A stretch of DNA of 64,000 nt, from the NCBI RefSeq assembly GCF_000143415.4, contig NW_003314350.1:248001-312000 (forward strand). Reading direction: 5' to 3'. Every line of letters starts with the position of its first letter. Positions within the stretch are counted from its first letter, which is position 1. The stretch comes from Selaginella moellendorffii (Eukaryota > Plantae > Lycopodiophyta). Of the stretch, positions 39,170 to 51,237 are shown piece after piece. Both the position numbers and the translations under genes were made by a program. Below the pieces are notes generated by a model. It did no database searches. It saw nothing but the letters and a program-made list of their open reading frames with translations, and was not told the origin of the DNA.

Positions 39170-40898
39170 CTAGCTCTTGGAAAGAAAAACCACTAAGTGA
39201 ATTGATTGAGAGAGACCTTGCATGTATACCTCATGAAAAGGGACAAAAGTAGTGCTTATCTGAAAAATTTCCTTCTCTTCTCACCCTGTTTTGGTACACT
39301 TTGGCATTATTTAATGCAACAATGTCTTTTGGGGTTAAAAATACAATTATATTGCATTGAACATATATTAGAAGTTGTAAATAGAAGCTTTGTCACCACT
39401 ATACCCTTTGCTCATTCAGTGGGAATAGTTTTGCTAGAATATGTGTAGAGCAATATCTATGCCTCTTTGTGAAAGTGTGCACTATATGCCAATTCTATGT
39501 GTTTATATGTTTATGAAGGCATTGCATAAATTTGGCATAAAGAACCTAAAGCAAGCCATGAGCATACTAATCATCCCTCATATCAATTAAGCAATAGCAC
39601 TCCATAGTCAAAATTATCATTTTGAAGTACCAAATCAAATTGCACCACATCTCCCCCTAAAAGTGTTTAATCCACCATAAACACATTGTTATTGATATGT
39701 ATAGAAAGGGGCATTTCACTTGGTTATGAATTGAGGAACCACAGACTTGGCTCACTCTTATGCTCAAGTTTGAGTTCAAACTGTAGAAATATTGTGTTAT
39801 TATATTTACATATGTGAGTATAACTTTTGTTTTTCATTGCACACAATCACATTTTAATTTTTATAATAGTGTGCATTATAATATTTGCATAGGACATGCC
39901 ACATGCATAAACACTTCATGCCACACGTGCAACCATGTCATCTCCTTTTTTTTGACAATAGGATCATACATTCCAACTCATCTAGCATGCCATACAGCTC
40001 TATAATCTCTATCAATTCGCTAATATGCTCATCTAGTCTCTTTTGGGATTCTACTCCCGTAGAACAAACTTTTGTTCTTGGTGAAGAGTTTGAGCATCAT
40101 ATTGCAATATGTGTGGTATTTGTGATTTTCTGTTCTGAGGTAGAGATTTGCCAGACTCTAGATCAACACCCAACTGCATGTAACTGCTGAAGATCACAAA
40201 GTGTGTGCTCAATGCATCAAAGGCCTTCATCGAGCACAGCAATGGTGTGGTATACTTGACAATGGACAATAGCGAGCACATGGTGGCTCATGGCTAATGC
40301 TTCTCACAATTAACATCTATCATGCCTAGTTTAGCTGTGCTAGAATGGAAGTGATGTAGTGAGCACATCTAAATACATACATTCTTGCCATTCTTGCTAA
40401 ACTTTAGTGACAAAAAAGATGTTGATGTGGTAAATAGACTTACATGGATTAAGAACTCATATATGGCAATGCATGCCAATATATATATGCCATGAAAAAA
40501 AACATGGCATCCAAAAGATTATTTGTGAGTCATATATATGTTTTATAATTGTGTTTTAAATTCATAGATTTTGCAGCTTAATACATTCTTTTTGCCCCTA
40601 GGAGGTGTACCTTCCCCCAAAACCTGCATAAATTACTTGCCATAATAAACCCTGACTATGAAAATATTAAATCCTTTGGCAAAATAGTTTTTTATTAGAA
40701 AAAAATCAAAAGAAGATTTAAACCAATCTCCCCACAAAATGATGCCAAGCAATCTTGTCCTATGCAACTCTTAAGAGAGGTATGCTGCTCTGCTCCAGTA
40801 TCCATGCTTTCCACCAAGAAAGTTTCTTTGTGTGCAATAGTAATAGTGATATCTAGAAGCCATCATTCAAGTTTTGCCGATAATAAATTCCCACATTT

Positions 40899-41218
40899 TT
40901 GGTTTGCTTAAGCAAACCTAGGGATGGTAGTGGATATACCTAGAATATACTTGGATATTCTAGAATATTCTACCATTTAACGGTTGTTATTCATTTAGAT
41001 TAATCTTGTATTTATAATTTATAAACTTCCTTAAACCTTTTCTAGTATATTTTTTTTTATTCTACCATCTAATGGTTGATATGCAATAAAATTAATCTTG
41101 TATATATAAATTACAAACATGCTTATAATTATAAACTTTATTTGATCAATTGGATTAATATGTCATAATAACACTAGTGTTAAGCAAACCAAGCGTTGCT
41201 ACATGCAACGCGAAGCAA
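40899..41218 (+). mobile_element. Helentron/HINE-like non-autonomous element (best preserved copy)
   Basis: 5' palindrome GGTTTGCTTAAGCAAACC, 13-bp subterminal IRs TTGGTTTGCTTAA/TTAAGCAAACCAA, 3' hairpin GCGTTGC-TACAT-GCAACGC, T-rich flanks and no obvious TSD. Confidence 0.7.
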
Positions 41219-41519
41219 TTTATTCTTGCTTGAGAAGAGCCAAGGTCAAAATTTAGCAAAGAAGGAAGAAAAAGATTATTATATTATCTTATAATCACCT
41301 AAAGAAGCTTGGAATTGGACATGACTAGTAACATTACTGCAGGTCTATGTGTTTTATTGTTGTAGAATAGATCTCATGTTTCTTGCAAAGTTTACAATTC
41401 AAGTTTTTTAGAGCGGCCAGATCCTCTTAGAACCTGGACGAAATTCGCCAAAGAAAGCTTCTCTAGACATGTCCAATTCCAAGCTTCTCTAGACGACTTG
41501 TCTAGAACAAAAGAACAAA

Positions 41520-42695
41520 CTATTGTGTCTTCTCCAACTTCTTCACTGATTCCAGGAGGAGCTGGTTCCACATATCCACAGCCCCTGGCAAGCACCAGTG
41601 CAAGCAATCATTTCGGATGTAGCGGCTGATCTCTCCTGCATATGGCGGGTGTGTTCTGTATGGCCCGGGGTGGCCGTCTGGCCGGAGGAAGGTGCTGTAC
41701 GTCACGTCCAGCACCCGCAGCCTGGAGCCATTGGATGGGTCGAACTTCCGTGCCTCGTCGCGCTGCACACGGTTGAGATTGCTCGGCAGCCACGGCAGCT
41801 CCACCTCACCGACGCCACCGCGTATGGCATCGCGTCAGAGTGCGTTGGCCGCGTACGGTTGCACGTCCCGCCGTTGCTCCACGTCCCGTGCTCGAAGTGG
41901 TCCGGAGACGCAGTACGGAGGAACGTGGTCCCATTGTAGCCGTCCAGCGTGGCGATGGAGCGGAGGGACGTACGGAATGCGAGCTCCAGCGCCGTGAGGA
42001 AGTGTACGTCAGTGTAGTTTACATGCGAGTACTTGTTGCAGCCCTCTCCACCTTTTTTATGTGACCACATTGAGACAAATTTGAATCGAGATTTGAGGAA
42101 CTCACCGGGGAAAGGGAGCAAAGAAGCGACTGCATGTGGTTCCTGGCGAGCGAGTCCCCAAAGAAGAGCATACTTTTGGCCCGCATGAGCTCGAGAAAGG
42201 TGGCGGGGTCGAAAAGTGGGAGCTCACAGTTGTGAGGCCGCCATCGCCAATGCAGGTAGCCCGTGTCAGGCCTCCCATTTCCCAGGCAGTTCTGGAGAAG
42301 CTGGATTTGATCGCAGGTGGAATTTGTATAGAGCGGTGGTGTCGAGTCGAAAATCCACTCGCCCTTGCTCAAATCGCAGGTATCTGTAGCATTTTAGTAT
42401 CCCTGAAACTTTGTTTCAAATCCAAATTACCTGAATTTGAGGAGGAGTTTTGGAGATCTGGGAGAATTGGAGCAACCGGGGAATTCTGGCTGCCACGGAC
42501 GAAGAAAACGTAGGTGAGGCAGCTGTTGAGCAGGACGACAATTGGCAGCCAGAATCGGATATTGTTGTTGTTGTAGTAGAACCACAAGAAGCTTCCAGTC
42601 TCCGAGGAGACCGATTGATCATGAGCAGAAGAATTGTTGCTGGCGGCCTTCGCAGAGGGTGAACTCCCAGATCCCTGGAGCAGCATTGTCATCTT
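41520..42695 (-). pseudogene. Trichome-birefringence-like (TBL/PC-esterase) O-acetyltransferase, apparently missing an internal exon
   Basis: TM segment, CDLSKGEW, CLGNGRPD, WRWRP, GDSLARN and RPDGHP...DCLHWCLPG; 47-bp intron at 42384-42430. The conserved central segment is absent after LLCSLSP. Confidence 0.8.
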
Positions 42696-43550
42696 GGATT
42701 CAAACACAGAACAGCAGCAGCAGCATGATTATGATCAGGAAGGCTGGTTGTGGCAGAGGAATTGGAATTGGACATAGGAAGAAATGCTATCTCCATCAAT
42801 GGTGTGAGAGAAAGAAGAAAAGCGAGCAACTACATCTTGTTAGGAGGACATGATTCTCTTGCAGAGGGGAGTTAGAACAATGAATCAACTAATAGTGCCA
42901 TTGTACTTCCTGTTCTAAAACTCATTTTAAGCTTTTGTCATAAAGGTTGAACTGAAGAATGTTCAGCAGGGTGTTTTGGGCCAGGATGATCAAAGCACAC
43001 TCTTATCAGCTGTGCGTTCGTAGAGGAAAATATTGAAAAGCTGTCGTGGCCGTTTTAAAAAACTTGAATCATGAGACCCATGAGCATCAAAACAAGCTTA
43101 TCGATCGTGGTTAAGAAACTTGATCGTTCACAGATGGTTTGACTTGTTCGTATGACTGAGATGTTTGGTTGTTTAATGTTGTATGAAATGTTTGGTTTAC
43201 CCAATGAAAGCTCAGGCAAACAAACATAGTCCATTTATATTTCATGTTCATTCATTCAGCATCAGGGCTTTTGGGTTAATTTATATGCATAATTTTTTCT
43301 TTCCATATTTCATGCACACACAAGCCTACTTATATTGGAGATATTGGGCCCACCCAAGAAATATGAGACTGATGCATTCAAGCCAACCCTTGATTGTCTT
43401 AGATGGAGTGGCAATGTGGCAAACATAACTGTAGAGTTGGCTTGTAATCCTGCATAGTTCTGGCCGGACAGATTTTCTGATCAGGTTTTGGCGCTTCTGT
43501 GCATACAATTTTATTATCTTCTCACGTCATCTGTGATGTCCGCGAGAGTT

Positions 43551-44118
43551 CTAAGAGTGGAGCCAGACGCGATCACGGAGCCTCTGAGCTCCAACTCCGT
43601 AGAACTCGTCCACTTTGTCACCGTTGGAGTAGAACCGGAATGTGGGGGTGTAGCGCACGTCTTTGGTTTCGTCCGGGCACTCGTCTATGTCTGCGTAGAT
43701 GAACAGCGATCGCGGGTATTCGTTGCTAAGATTGCAAAACGTCGGGAGCATTTGTTTACACATAACACACCTGGATGCATCGAGAGAAGAAAAAGAAATA
43801 CATCAGCAAAGAAACCAAGAATGGTAAATCGTTACCATGATGCTCCAAAGCTCACGATCGTCTATCAGTGTATCAAAGCCAGATAGCAAAGAGAGCGAGA
43901 GAAATAAAAAAAAACTCATATAAGGGAAGAGGAATCTCTTTGAAGTACAGGCTCACCGTCTTCTTTGACGCCTTGGCCCGATCCAACAGCGACTTAAACT
44001 GTTCGTTGTTGCGTGCACTAACGAGATTCCCATGAAAGTTTACCGGTAAAGAATCGCCTCCAACACCATCCAGGGACGATGGCGCAGCAGCAGCACCGCT
44101 ACCTTCTGCAGCAGCCAT
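43551..44118 (-). CDS. Thioredoxin-like 3-3 protein (WCVMC active site), 3 exons
   Basis: Exons 44118-43957, 43861-43836 and 43770-43551 give LPVNFHGNL...GASWCVMC...YADIDECP...YTPTF...RVWLHS. Confidence 0.9.
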
Positions 44119-44174
44119 TACAACCCTAGAGCGAGAAATGAGATAAAAGAAAACGGAGAAGAAGTACCGGTTAT

Positions 44175-47100
44175 CTATAAGAGGTCCTCGAAGTCAAAAG
44201 TTGACGCTGGATTTCTCGGCTGAGCATTTGGAGGTGGAGTAGAAGCTTCAGGAGCGCTATCGAGGTCAGCAAACGGATTGCCAGCTGTAAACTGTTCGCC
44301 GCTCGAGCTTGGATTGGAGACTAGAGCTTCGGCTGAAGTGTCGGGCCCGAGAAGATCAATACTGTCTGGGGCTCCAGTGTTTTCCTGTCTGTAGTTCGAA
44401 GCAGGAATATGAACAGCAGCTGAGGAGAGAGGTTCTTGAAGAGAAACTGGTGCAGCATTGGATGATGACGCGGAAGGCTTTGCTAAGGCTGCAAAATCAC
44501 TGGGAGCGAAGAGATCAGCAAGAGGATCATTAAGCACCGCGGGGACGTTCATAGGTGGCAAGGGATTGGAGCTCGAAAGATTTTGACCAGCCATCATGGC
44601 CAGAGTTGTGAAACTGCGAGAAAGAGGAAGAGGTTTCTGAGCGAAGCCTGTGGAAACTGTGGGAAACGCTTGCAGATTGGAAGAACTCATTGCAGTGATG
44701 GGAGGGGCGGAGAGTATCGGTGCTGGAACTGACTGAACTGGCTGTAAAACGGGCGGGACTGGAACCATAGCTGTTTGAACAGGAGAAGTAGACGTTGGCA
44801 AAGTCACAGGCAGTTGCTCTTTGAGAAACTCCTTGAGTCTGGACAAACAAATGAGAAAATCAAGCTACGTGCTGCTTAGAGTATCAAGCTTACTCTAGTG
44901 CTAAGCGTGAATTCGGCGACGCGACTGTCAAGCGTAACTGCGTCTTATCAGCCGGATCTGTTTCGATGCGTACCTGGGAAAACGGAACCTGTTTAGCTCT
45001 GGAATGAGTACGTAATGGTATGAACTTACCATGCACAGCAAAGCACCACCAGTTTCTGAATGAAAACTCGAGGCTGCAACGAGGTTATTGGGATTGGGTT
45101 CCTGGAAGATAACTTTGTCTACGTGTTTTGCATCTATAAAACAGATTTGGCTTACCAGTCCAGTAGCCACGCCTATGCGAAGTCCGTTTAGCTTGTCAGA
45201 AAACTCCGAGACAGTAGAATACTGCAGTCCACGAATCTGTAAAGAGATTCATAGAAGTCAGAAGAAAACGATGGAAAAGGATCATATACCACTTCTTGAA
45301 GCTTGTTTGGAGCTGTAACAAGAGCTCTCCAGGCAGAAAAAAAATCGTTTGCAGAGAGAGTGGCTGGTTGCAAAAACTTGCTGATTACAATTGGAATCCG
45401 CAATTTGACAGACACCTAGAAGAGTTCTGCGGACGTTAGCACTAAATAAAACACGGGAAAGCTTAGCTTACCGTCATGCCAGAAACCATATACGAAAAGT
45501 CGAGAAGTGGAGCAATTCTCCCGGCATACAAGCATGCCACGTTAAGAAGCACTTGTATCTGCAACGGCGATCATGAAGAAATTAGAAGTCTTATCAACGA
45601 CATTACTACCTGTTCAGCAGCTTGTATGCTTGGAGGAGCTCCCGGAAATTCAACTCTAAGATGTGGCTGAGGTAGGATAATGGCTCGGACTGATGTCAAA
45701 GTCTTGCTTTGCTTATTACCAAGATAGAAATTTATCTCGCCACGAGAACCTTGATATTGCGCTTTAATCCCAATCTAAGCACCCAAGAAAAATCACAAAT
45801 TGCAAGCTCAAACAATGCCAGAAACCTGAACGTATGGGTCTTCATACAAGATTCCCGTATTCTTGTAACACAAGGCGTTAAACCATTCGATGAGGTTTCC
45901 AGTTGGCTGCAAAAACCAAAAGAAACAAAGAACAAGTTACCGCAAGGATTATAAAAACTCCATTACCTGAACAGCAGGAGCGAGCATTGAAGAGAATGGA
46001 TCTTTTGTAATTCCCGTTTGAAATGGGTCGTTTTGTCTAGGAGCCACTAAGTCCCCAAGAAGATCTACTTCAGGTGCTCTAGCTGTTGAGGTCTGGATGG
46101 AATATAGACAAGAAAAATGTTACTGACGATGAGGAAATCAAAATAACGTACTCCAGGCAGAGAATCCCTTGAGCTTTTTACCGGAGCTTCCTGCAAAAGC
46201 ACTTCAGACTGCGTAGAATCGTCACTTGTAAGAACGAACCTGTCGCTTTGGTTCTTCATTAGAAATATACTGATCCTGCTGGCTTAAAGAGAAAAATCCC
46301 ATAGCACGTTGTTGCAAGTCTGCTTCAAGGTGCTCCCCATACCTGTAGTGAATGCTAGTATGAGGGGAGGAAAGAACAAGGATAGCTCACTTTTCAAAAA
46401 GAGGAAAAATTTCCTTCCGGAGCTCTTCATCTGCAGGCTGTGTATGCAGTAACAATTTGATATAGGAAGACAGCAGCACCATCTTGGTTGGCGTACTGTT
46501 TGGAAACATAATCAAACTCATTAAAGTTCAGTGGAGCACACATCCTACCTCACATTTGAAAACTTATCGTGAAGGGCCCAAAAGATCTCCTTGGGAGTGT
46601 AGCCAGGTTTTCGCGCAAGTAAATGGCTGTTGTCTCCAAGAAGACTCCCAGCAATCTGACAAAAAAAAATCATTACTGAGTTGTCGTTGGGAAATCAGAA
46701 AAACTTACTTTAAGCATGGTCTCGTGAACCATCGGTTTGCTGATGTACTCCCGAGCTTTGGTGGCGGCGTAGACTTGTATATCGTCATGTTCTGCAACGC
46801 ATTGAATCAACCCTCGCCAGACATCATCCGGAACAAGGGCTCCACCTTTTTCAACTAGAAGCAAAACAACGTCCACATACCTGACACACACCACATAACA
46901 AAACCACATTTCACTCTGAACCAGCACTAGCTTGTGCTTACCAGGAGCAATCTGTTGCGTATTTTTCTGCAAGAAGGCCAGCCTTTGTTGCAATACTTTC
47001 TTGAACATCAAACTCGGCCGTAGAGAAACACTACATACAAGTCACCGTTTGATTTCAAAATCAAAACAAACAAAACCAAATACCTCCAGAAACTCTTCAA

Positions 47101-48542
47101 CAATACGCTTGACATTCGTCGCATCACATATTTCGTAAAGAAGGTCTACAGAGACCTTCTGGATACTGTCAAATGGGTTACTTATCACTAGGAAACCCGG
47201 AAAACAAACAAACCAACCTTCGGTCTTGATCTCTCAAGGAGAATAGAATGTCAGTTTCATACACACTAACATTATCACGGACGTCGGCCACAGACAGCAG
47301 CCGAGCTAAAACTCTCTACAATGAACAACGTTAGTAGTATATAATGAGTACATCAAAGCACATTACCATGCCTAGACATCGAAGGTTCGGTTCACGAAGA
47401 CTAACAAATTTCGAAAGCGATACCATACACCTTGGGATCAAACTCTGCTGTGTATCAATCAGCATAATCTGTGACAAGGGTGCTGTAGTATCGTTAGCAA
47501 AGCCAGACTAAAACTAGCAAGTAACTTACCAGTTCCATGGCTTCAAACAAAGCCGCGTGCATAACATTTGTTCTGTTTATACTTTGAGTGATGTCGGTCC
47601 CAATCACAAGACGCTCGAGAAGCTGATAGAAAAAACGATGGTCATATAAAGGCTAACGAGAAGAAAAAAGAGAGGGAGAGAGAAAGAAGACAACCTCGAG
47701 AAGCAGCCGCACACTAGAGGGGTCTTCAAGCAATGGAAGCAGTTGCAATGCTTGCATCGTCTTCACCTGAAAGTGAACTATTAGCACTTGAATTTGCTGA
47801 AGCTGCAGTTAAGCTAGAAACCTGCAGCCAGGGAGACGGGATTCCATAGAACGTGTAGTCCTGTGGAATGCTTTGACTTCGCAACAATCTTTCTAGAATG
47901 CGAACACACTTTGAGACACAGTAGTAATACTGCTGAGGATTATTTGAAGATAGTGCAACAAGCAATGTCATCACACATAAAAGAACACCATAATCTCTTT
48001 CGTCAAGAAGATTCACAATGTGGTCAGGCCTACAGACCGATCAAGCCAGTTTCAAGCAATGCAAGTTGATGCTGCAAACTAGGATAAGTTCCTTACCATA
48101 TATCCAGTTGGATAACCTCCGGATGGTTTCGGTAAATGTGAAGGAGACAGAGAATCGCCTTCTTCCGCACAAGTGGTCGACAAGAACCAGAAACCTGGAA
48201 AAGAAATAGCGCCTTCCATTGTCAATTCGAGAGGAGCAGTAATGGAGCTACTTACGACAAGCTTTTGTACATCCGGAGCTAAGGCTTCGGCAAAATCTCT
48301 GCCGCCGATGTTTCCAATCTGTGATCATGCACGAGAGAGTTTTCTTCTTTTCTCTTTGGTGTATAGCTTTCGATTGATCTTACCATTGTTAGTGCAAGGC
48401 ACTGATACGTTTCGCTGCGACCAATAATGTCGAGACGAATAGCTTTGGTGATCAAGTTGAGAAACTCATGGTTTTCGTGGAGCAAACATCCAGCAACCAT
48501 GTAGCCAACCTGCGAGCATTCTTCTTTAGCTATAAGCAGTGA

Positions 48543-48573
<31 letters not shown>

Positions 48574-48899
48574 ACTTACTTGCTTCTCAGCATATTTATG
48601 CGATCCAACAAGCGAAAGAACCTCTCGATGCCCAAAATCAAGCTGATAGCCAAGAATGTGGATGTAGAGCAGCTTCCACACGTATTTCTTCTTCTCATAC
48701 GACGATAAACTCTGAAATTTGCGCACAGTTCCATCGAAACGTAAAAAAAGAGAGAGAGATTTGCTACCTTCTCGTATGAGAATTTCATCCGGATCTTATT
48801 GAGCTCCTTCTCGACGCGCGCCATCTCCTGATCCTTGCTCTGGCAGTTCCTCACATCCGTGATAAACATCTGCAAGCCCCGCATTGACGCCATCGCCAT
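44175..48899 (-). CDS. AP2A: AP-2 complex alpha subunit (alpha-adaptin), divergent and multi-exon, with long C-terminal extension
   Basis: MRGL.MFITDVRNCQ, YEKKKYVWKLLY, ETYQCLAL, YGIPSPWLQ, appendage pieces (LRIPIVISKFLQP, PNPNNLVA) and LKEFLKEQL, with many short introns. Confidence 0.9.
48546..48572. repeat. (AG)n microsatellite in an alpha-adaptin intron
   Basis: Direct reading. Confidence 0.9.
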
Positions 48900-48993
48900 G
48901 GGTGACCTAACGTCCGTATACCATTGCCGTACCAAGTTCTAATTTTTAGGGTTCTTGACATTGCTCTAGAGAATGTAGCTTTAGATTCAAGCC

Positions 48994-50007
48994 ATGGCCA
49001 GTTCCAAAGCGCTCGTTCTCTCCTGGTTCGTTGTCTCTGTTCCACTGCTCGTGATCTTCCTGCTGTTCCCTCACACCGCCACCATCTTGTGCCCATCGAT
49101 CTCCTTCTCTCCGCAGCAGCAGCAAGCTCTCGAATCTCGCGAAGAGGACGCTGTGGGTGTGAGTCGCGAGGATTTGACATGGGTTTCGTCGCAGATGGCA
49201 AATGCCCAGCTCGGGGATCCTCCAAAGTCGGCCGAGGACTGGATCCAGATGCGCAAAGGGATAAATCCCCGGACGAGAGAGGAGCAACTCTATGATCTTC
49301 GCCGGTAAGGTCGAGTGATCTCTATAGCAAGCTTGAGTTGCGAGCTGGCGTTTCCTTCCTACAGGTACCACGGGATATCTCATTACGAAGAAAGCGAAGA
49401 GAAAAACCACACGAGATTACCTTGTCCGAGCGAGCTTCTCGTCGAGCAGCACCACAGCAACTATGGCGAGCCTTGGGCTGGAGGTCGAGACGTCTTTGAG
49501 TTCATCGCAAAGGCCTCGGCTCTCAAGAGACACCACCGGGTGTTGGAAGTTGGCTGTGGAACTCTGCGCGTTGGCCTCCATTTCATCAGATTTCTCGCGG
49601 CCGGGAACTACCACTGCATCGAAAAGGATCCGCTCTCGCTCATGGCTGCGTTTTCTTACGAGTTGCCATCGCAGGGACTGCTTCACAAGAGACCCGTCAT
49701 CGTTCGCAGCGATAATCTGGAATTCGAGCTGTTAGGAGACAATGAATACGATGTAGTCTATGCAAGCGCAGCGTTTCTTCACATGCCTGATAAACTCGTC
49801 TGGACTGGTCTCGAGAAGCTCGTGCCGAGGATCAAGCCGGGTGGAAGAGTTTTCGTGTCTCACAACATTAAGTTTTGCAGCAGGCTCGGAGGAGACGAGT
49901 GTAACAAAAAGCTGCGAGAGCTGAAGCTGGAGTACGTTGGCAAGCAGACACACGATAGTCTCTTGTTCAATCACTATGAGATCTGGCACCAGTTCGTCAA
50001 GGTGTGA
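48994..50007 (+). CDS. Membrane-anchored SAM-dependent methyltransferase, 2 exons
   Basis: Intron 49305-49364 joins DLRR|YHG in frame; VLEVGCGTLRVG SAM motif I; HHSNYGEPWAGGRD; N-terminal TM segment. Confidence 0.88.
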
Positions 50008-50008
50008 T

Positions 50009-51211
50009 TCATTTTTTGTCTGTACCCTGTATTTAAACCATGGATGAGTAAACTGTCGTTAATTTTTCGTGAGGTTTCTACCTGGTTATTGTCCTCTAGC
50101 TTGAGAGCACTGAGAAAAAAACCTGTGAGATATGGAGGCTGCAACAAAAAACACAAAAATAATTCTTTGTGGCGTTGAAATACTTATTTACCTCTGGGAA
50201 GCCAACTCTAAAATGGTAGACGAGCTCGTTTTTGCCTTGCCTTAAAGCTCCACCCTGCTTTCTCATACACGCTTCGCACTGCGGGTAGAACCGTTGCAAC
50301 TCGAGCTTATGGACCATGTTGAATACATGCTTGGCAAGTGAAAAGTTGAATTTTTTCAGTATTCTCAGTTTCTCGGCGACCTTGTTCTTCATTACGACGT
50401 TGGGTGGCATATGATCTGCTATGCTAAGAAAATAATTCACGAGTGAATGTCAGCTCCAGGGAAATTGAGAGTACCTGGTCCCTTTGTAGCTTCCACAGTG
50501 ATGACAACCATACTTGCTAAACAAGTCTCTTACGAGCTGTGCTTCTACATCGCCTGCGTACCTTGATCCTCTAGCTGACCAAAGAATAATCAGCACGAGA
50601 GGGACAGAGAGAAAAAATCAAAGGAGGCAAACTGACCAGGCACTGAGTATCGTGAGAGTGCTCCAGGATGACTTAAGCTACTTGGCATCACATTCCTGTA
50701 GTGCCCGCCAAGTATCTGTATGAACAGTAGGCTACATTGTCTAGTCTATGAAAATTTCCAAGCAAACCTTAAACAAAACCATGCCCACTGCCGCATGAAG
50801 AACTAGATCGCCAACACTCGGCATTTTCCTCTTCCGGCTCTTGCCATTGCCCTCTTCTACAATAGATTCCAGCGCAAACGCTACCTGCGTTGCAATGAGA
50901 GCTCTAAGAATCAAAGAAATCTATGACTGAAATTGATTAACGAGAACCTGAGCTGCGAGAACCGAGGCCGATGCCACCGCCACGCCTCCCAGCAGCGATC
51001 CGGCAACAGGGGTAGCGCAAGAAACCCGGAATGCCTTCCCTGCACACTAGAAATCCGCAAGAAATCCCCGATAAATTTCCCGATTCACAGCTCGCAGCAG
51101 CGATCGCACCTGCCATGCTAGCAATGCCGCATTGAATCCCGCGGCAGCGCCGGCGCAAGGAATCGCCACCCCGAGAAGGCGCTCTACCGGTGGGAGGAGC
51201 CCTAGAATCAT
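50009..51211 (-). CDS. Uncharacterised membrane protein with a C-terminal zinc-binding HNH-like nuclease domain (~270 aa, 7-8 exons)
   Basis: Phase-consistent GT-AG exons 51211-51110, 51046-50948, 50884-50768, 50715-50637, 50574-50475, 50423-50192 and 50138-onward. Motifs GCHHCG, IADHMPP and QRFYPQCEACMRKQG. The 3' end is either 50009 (extra intron) or 49974. Confidence 0.8.
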
Positions 51212-51237
51212 CAAACCCGGAAAGAATCTTTCTATTG

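Noticed and set aside
39200-40300. Possible MULE transposase remnant (minus-strand CLCMWHV near 39900)
   Set aside because: One short motif only; no recoverable frame or termini
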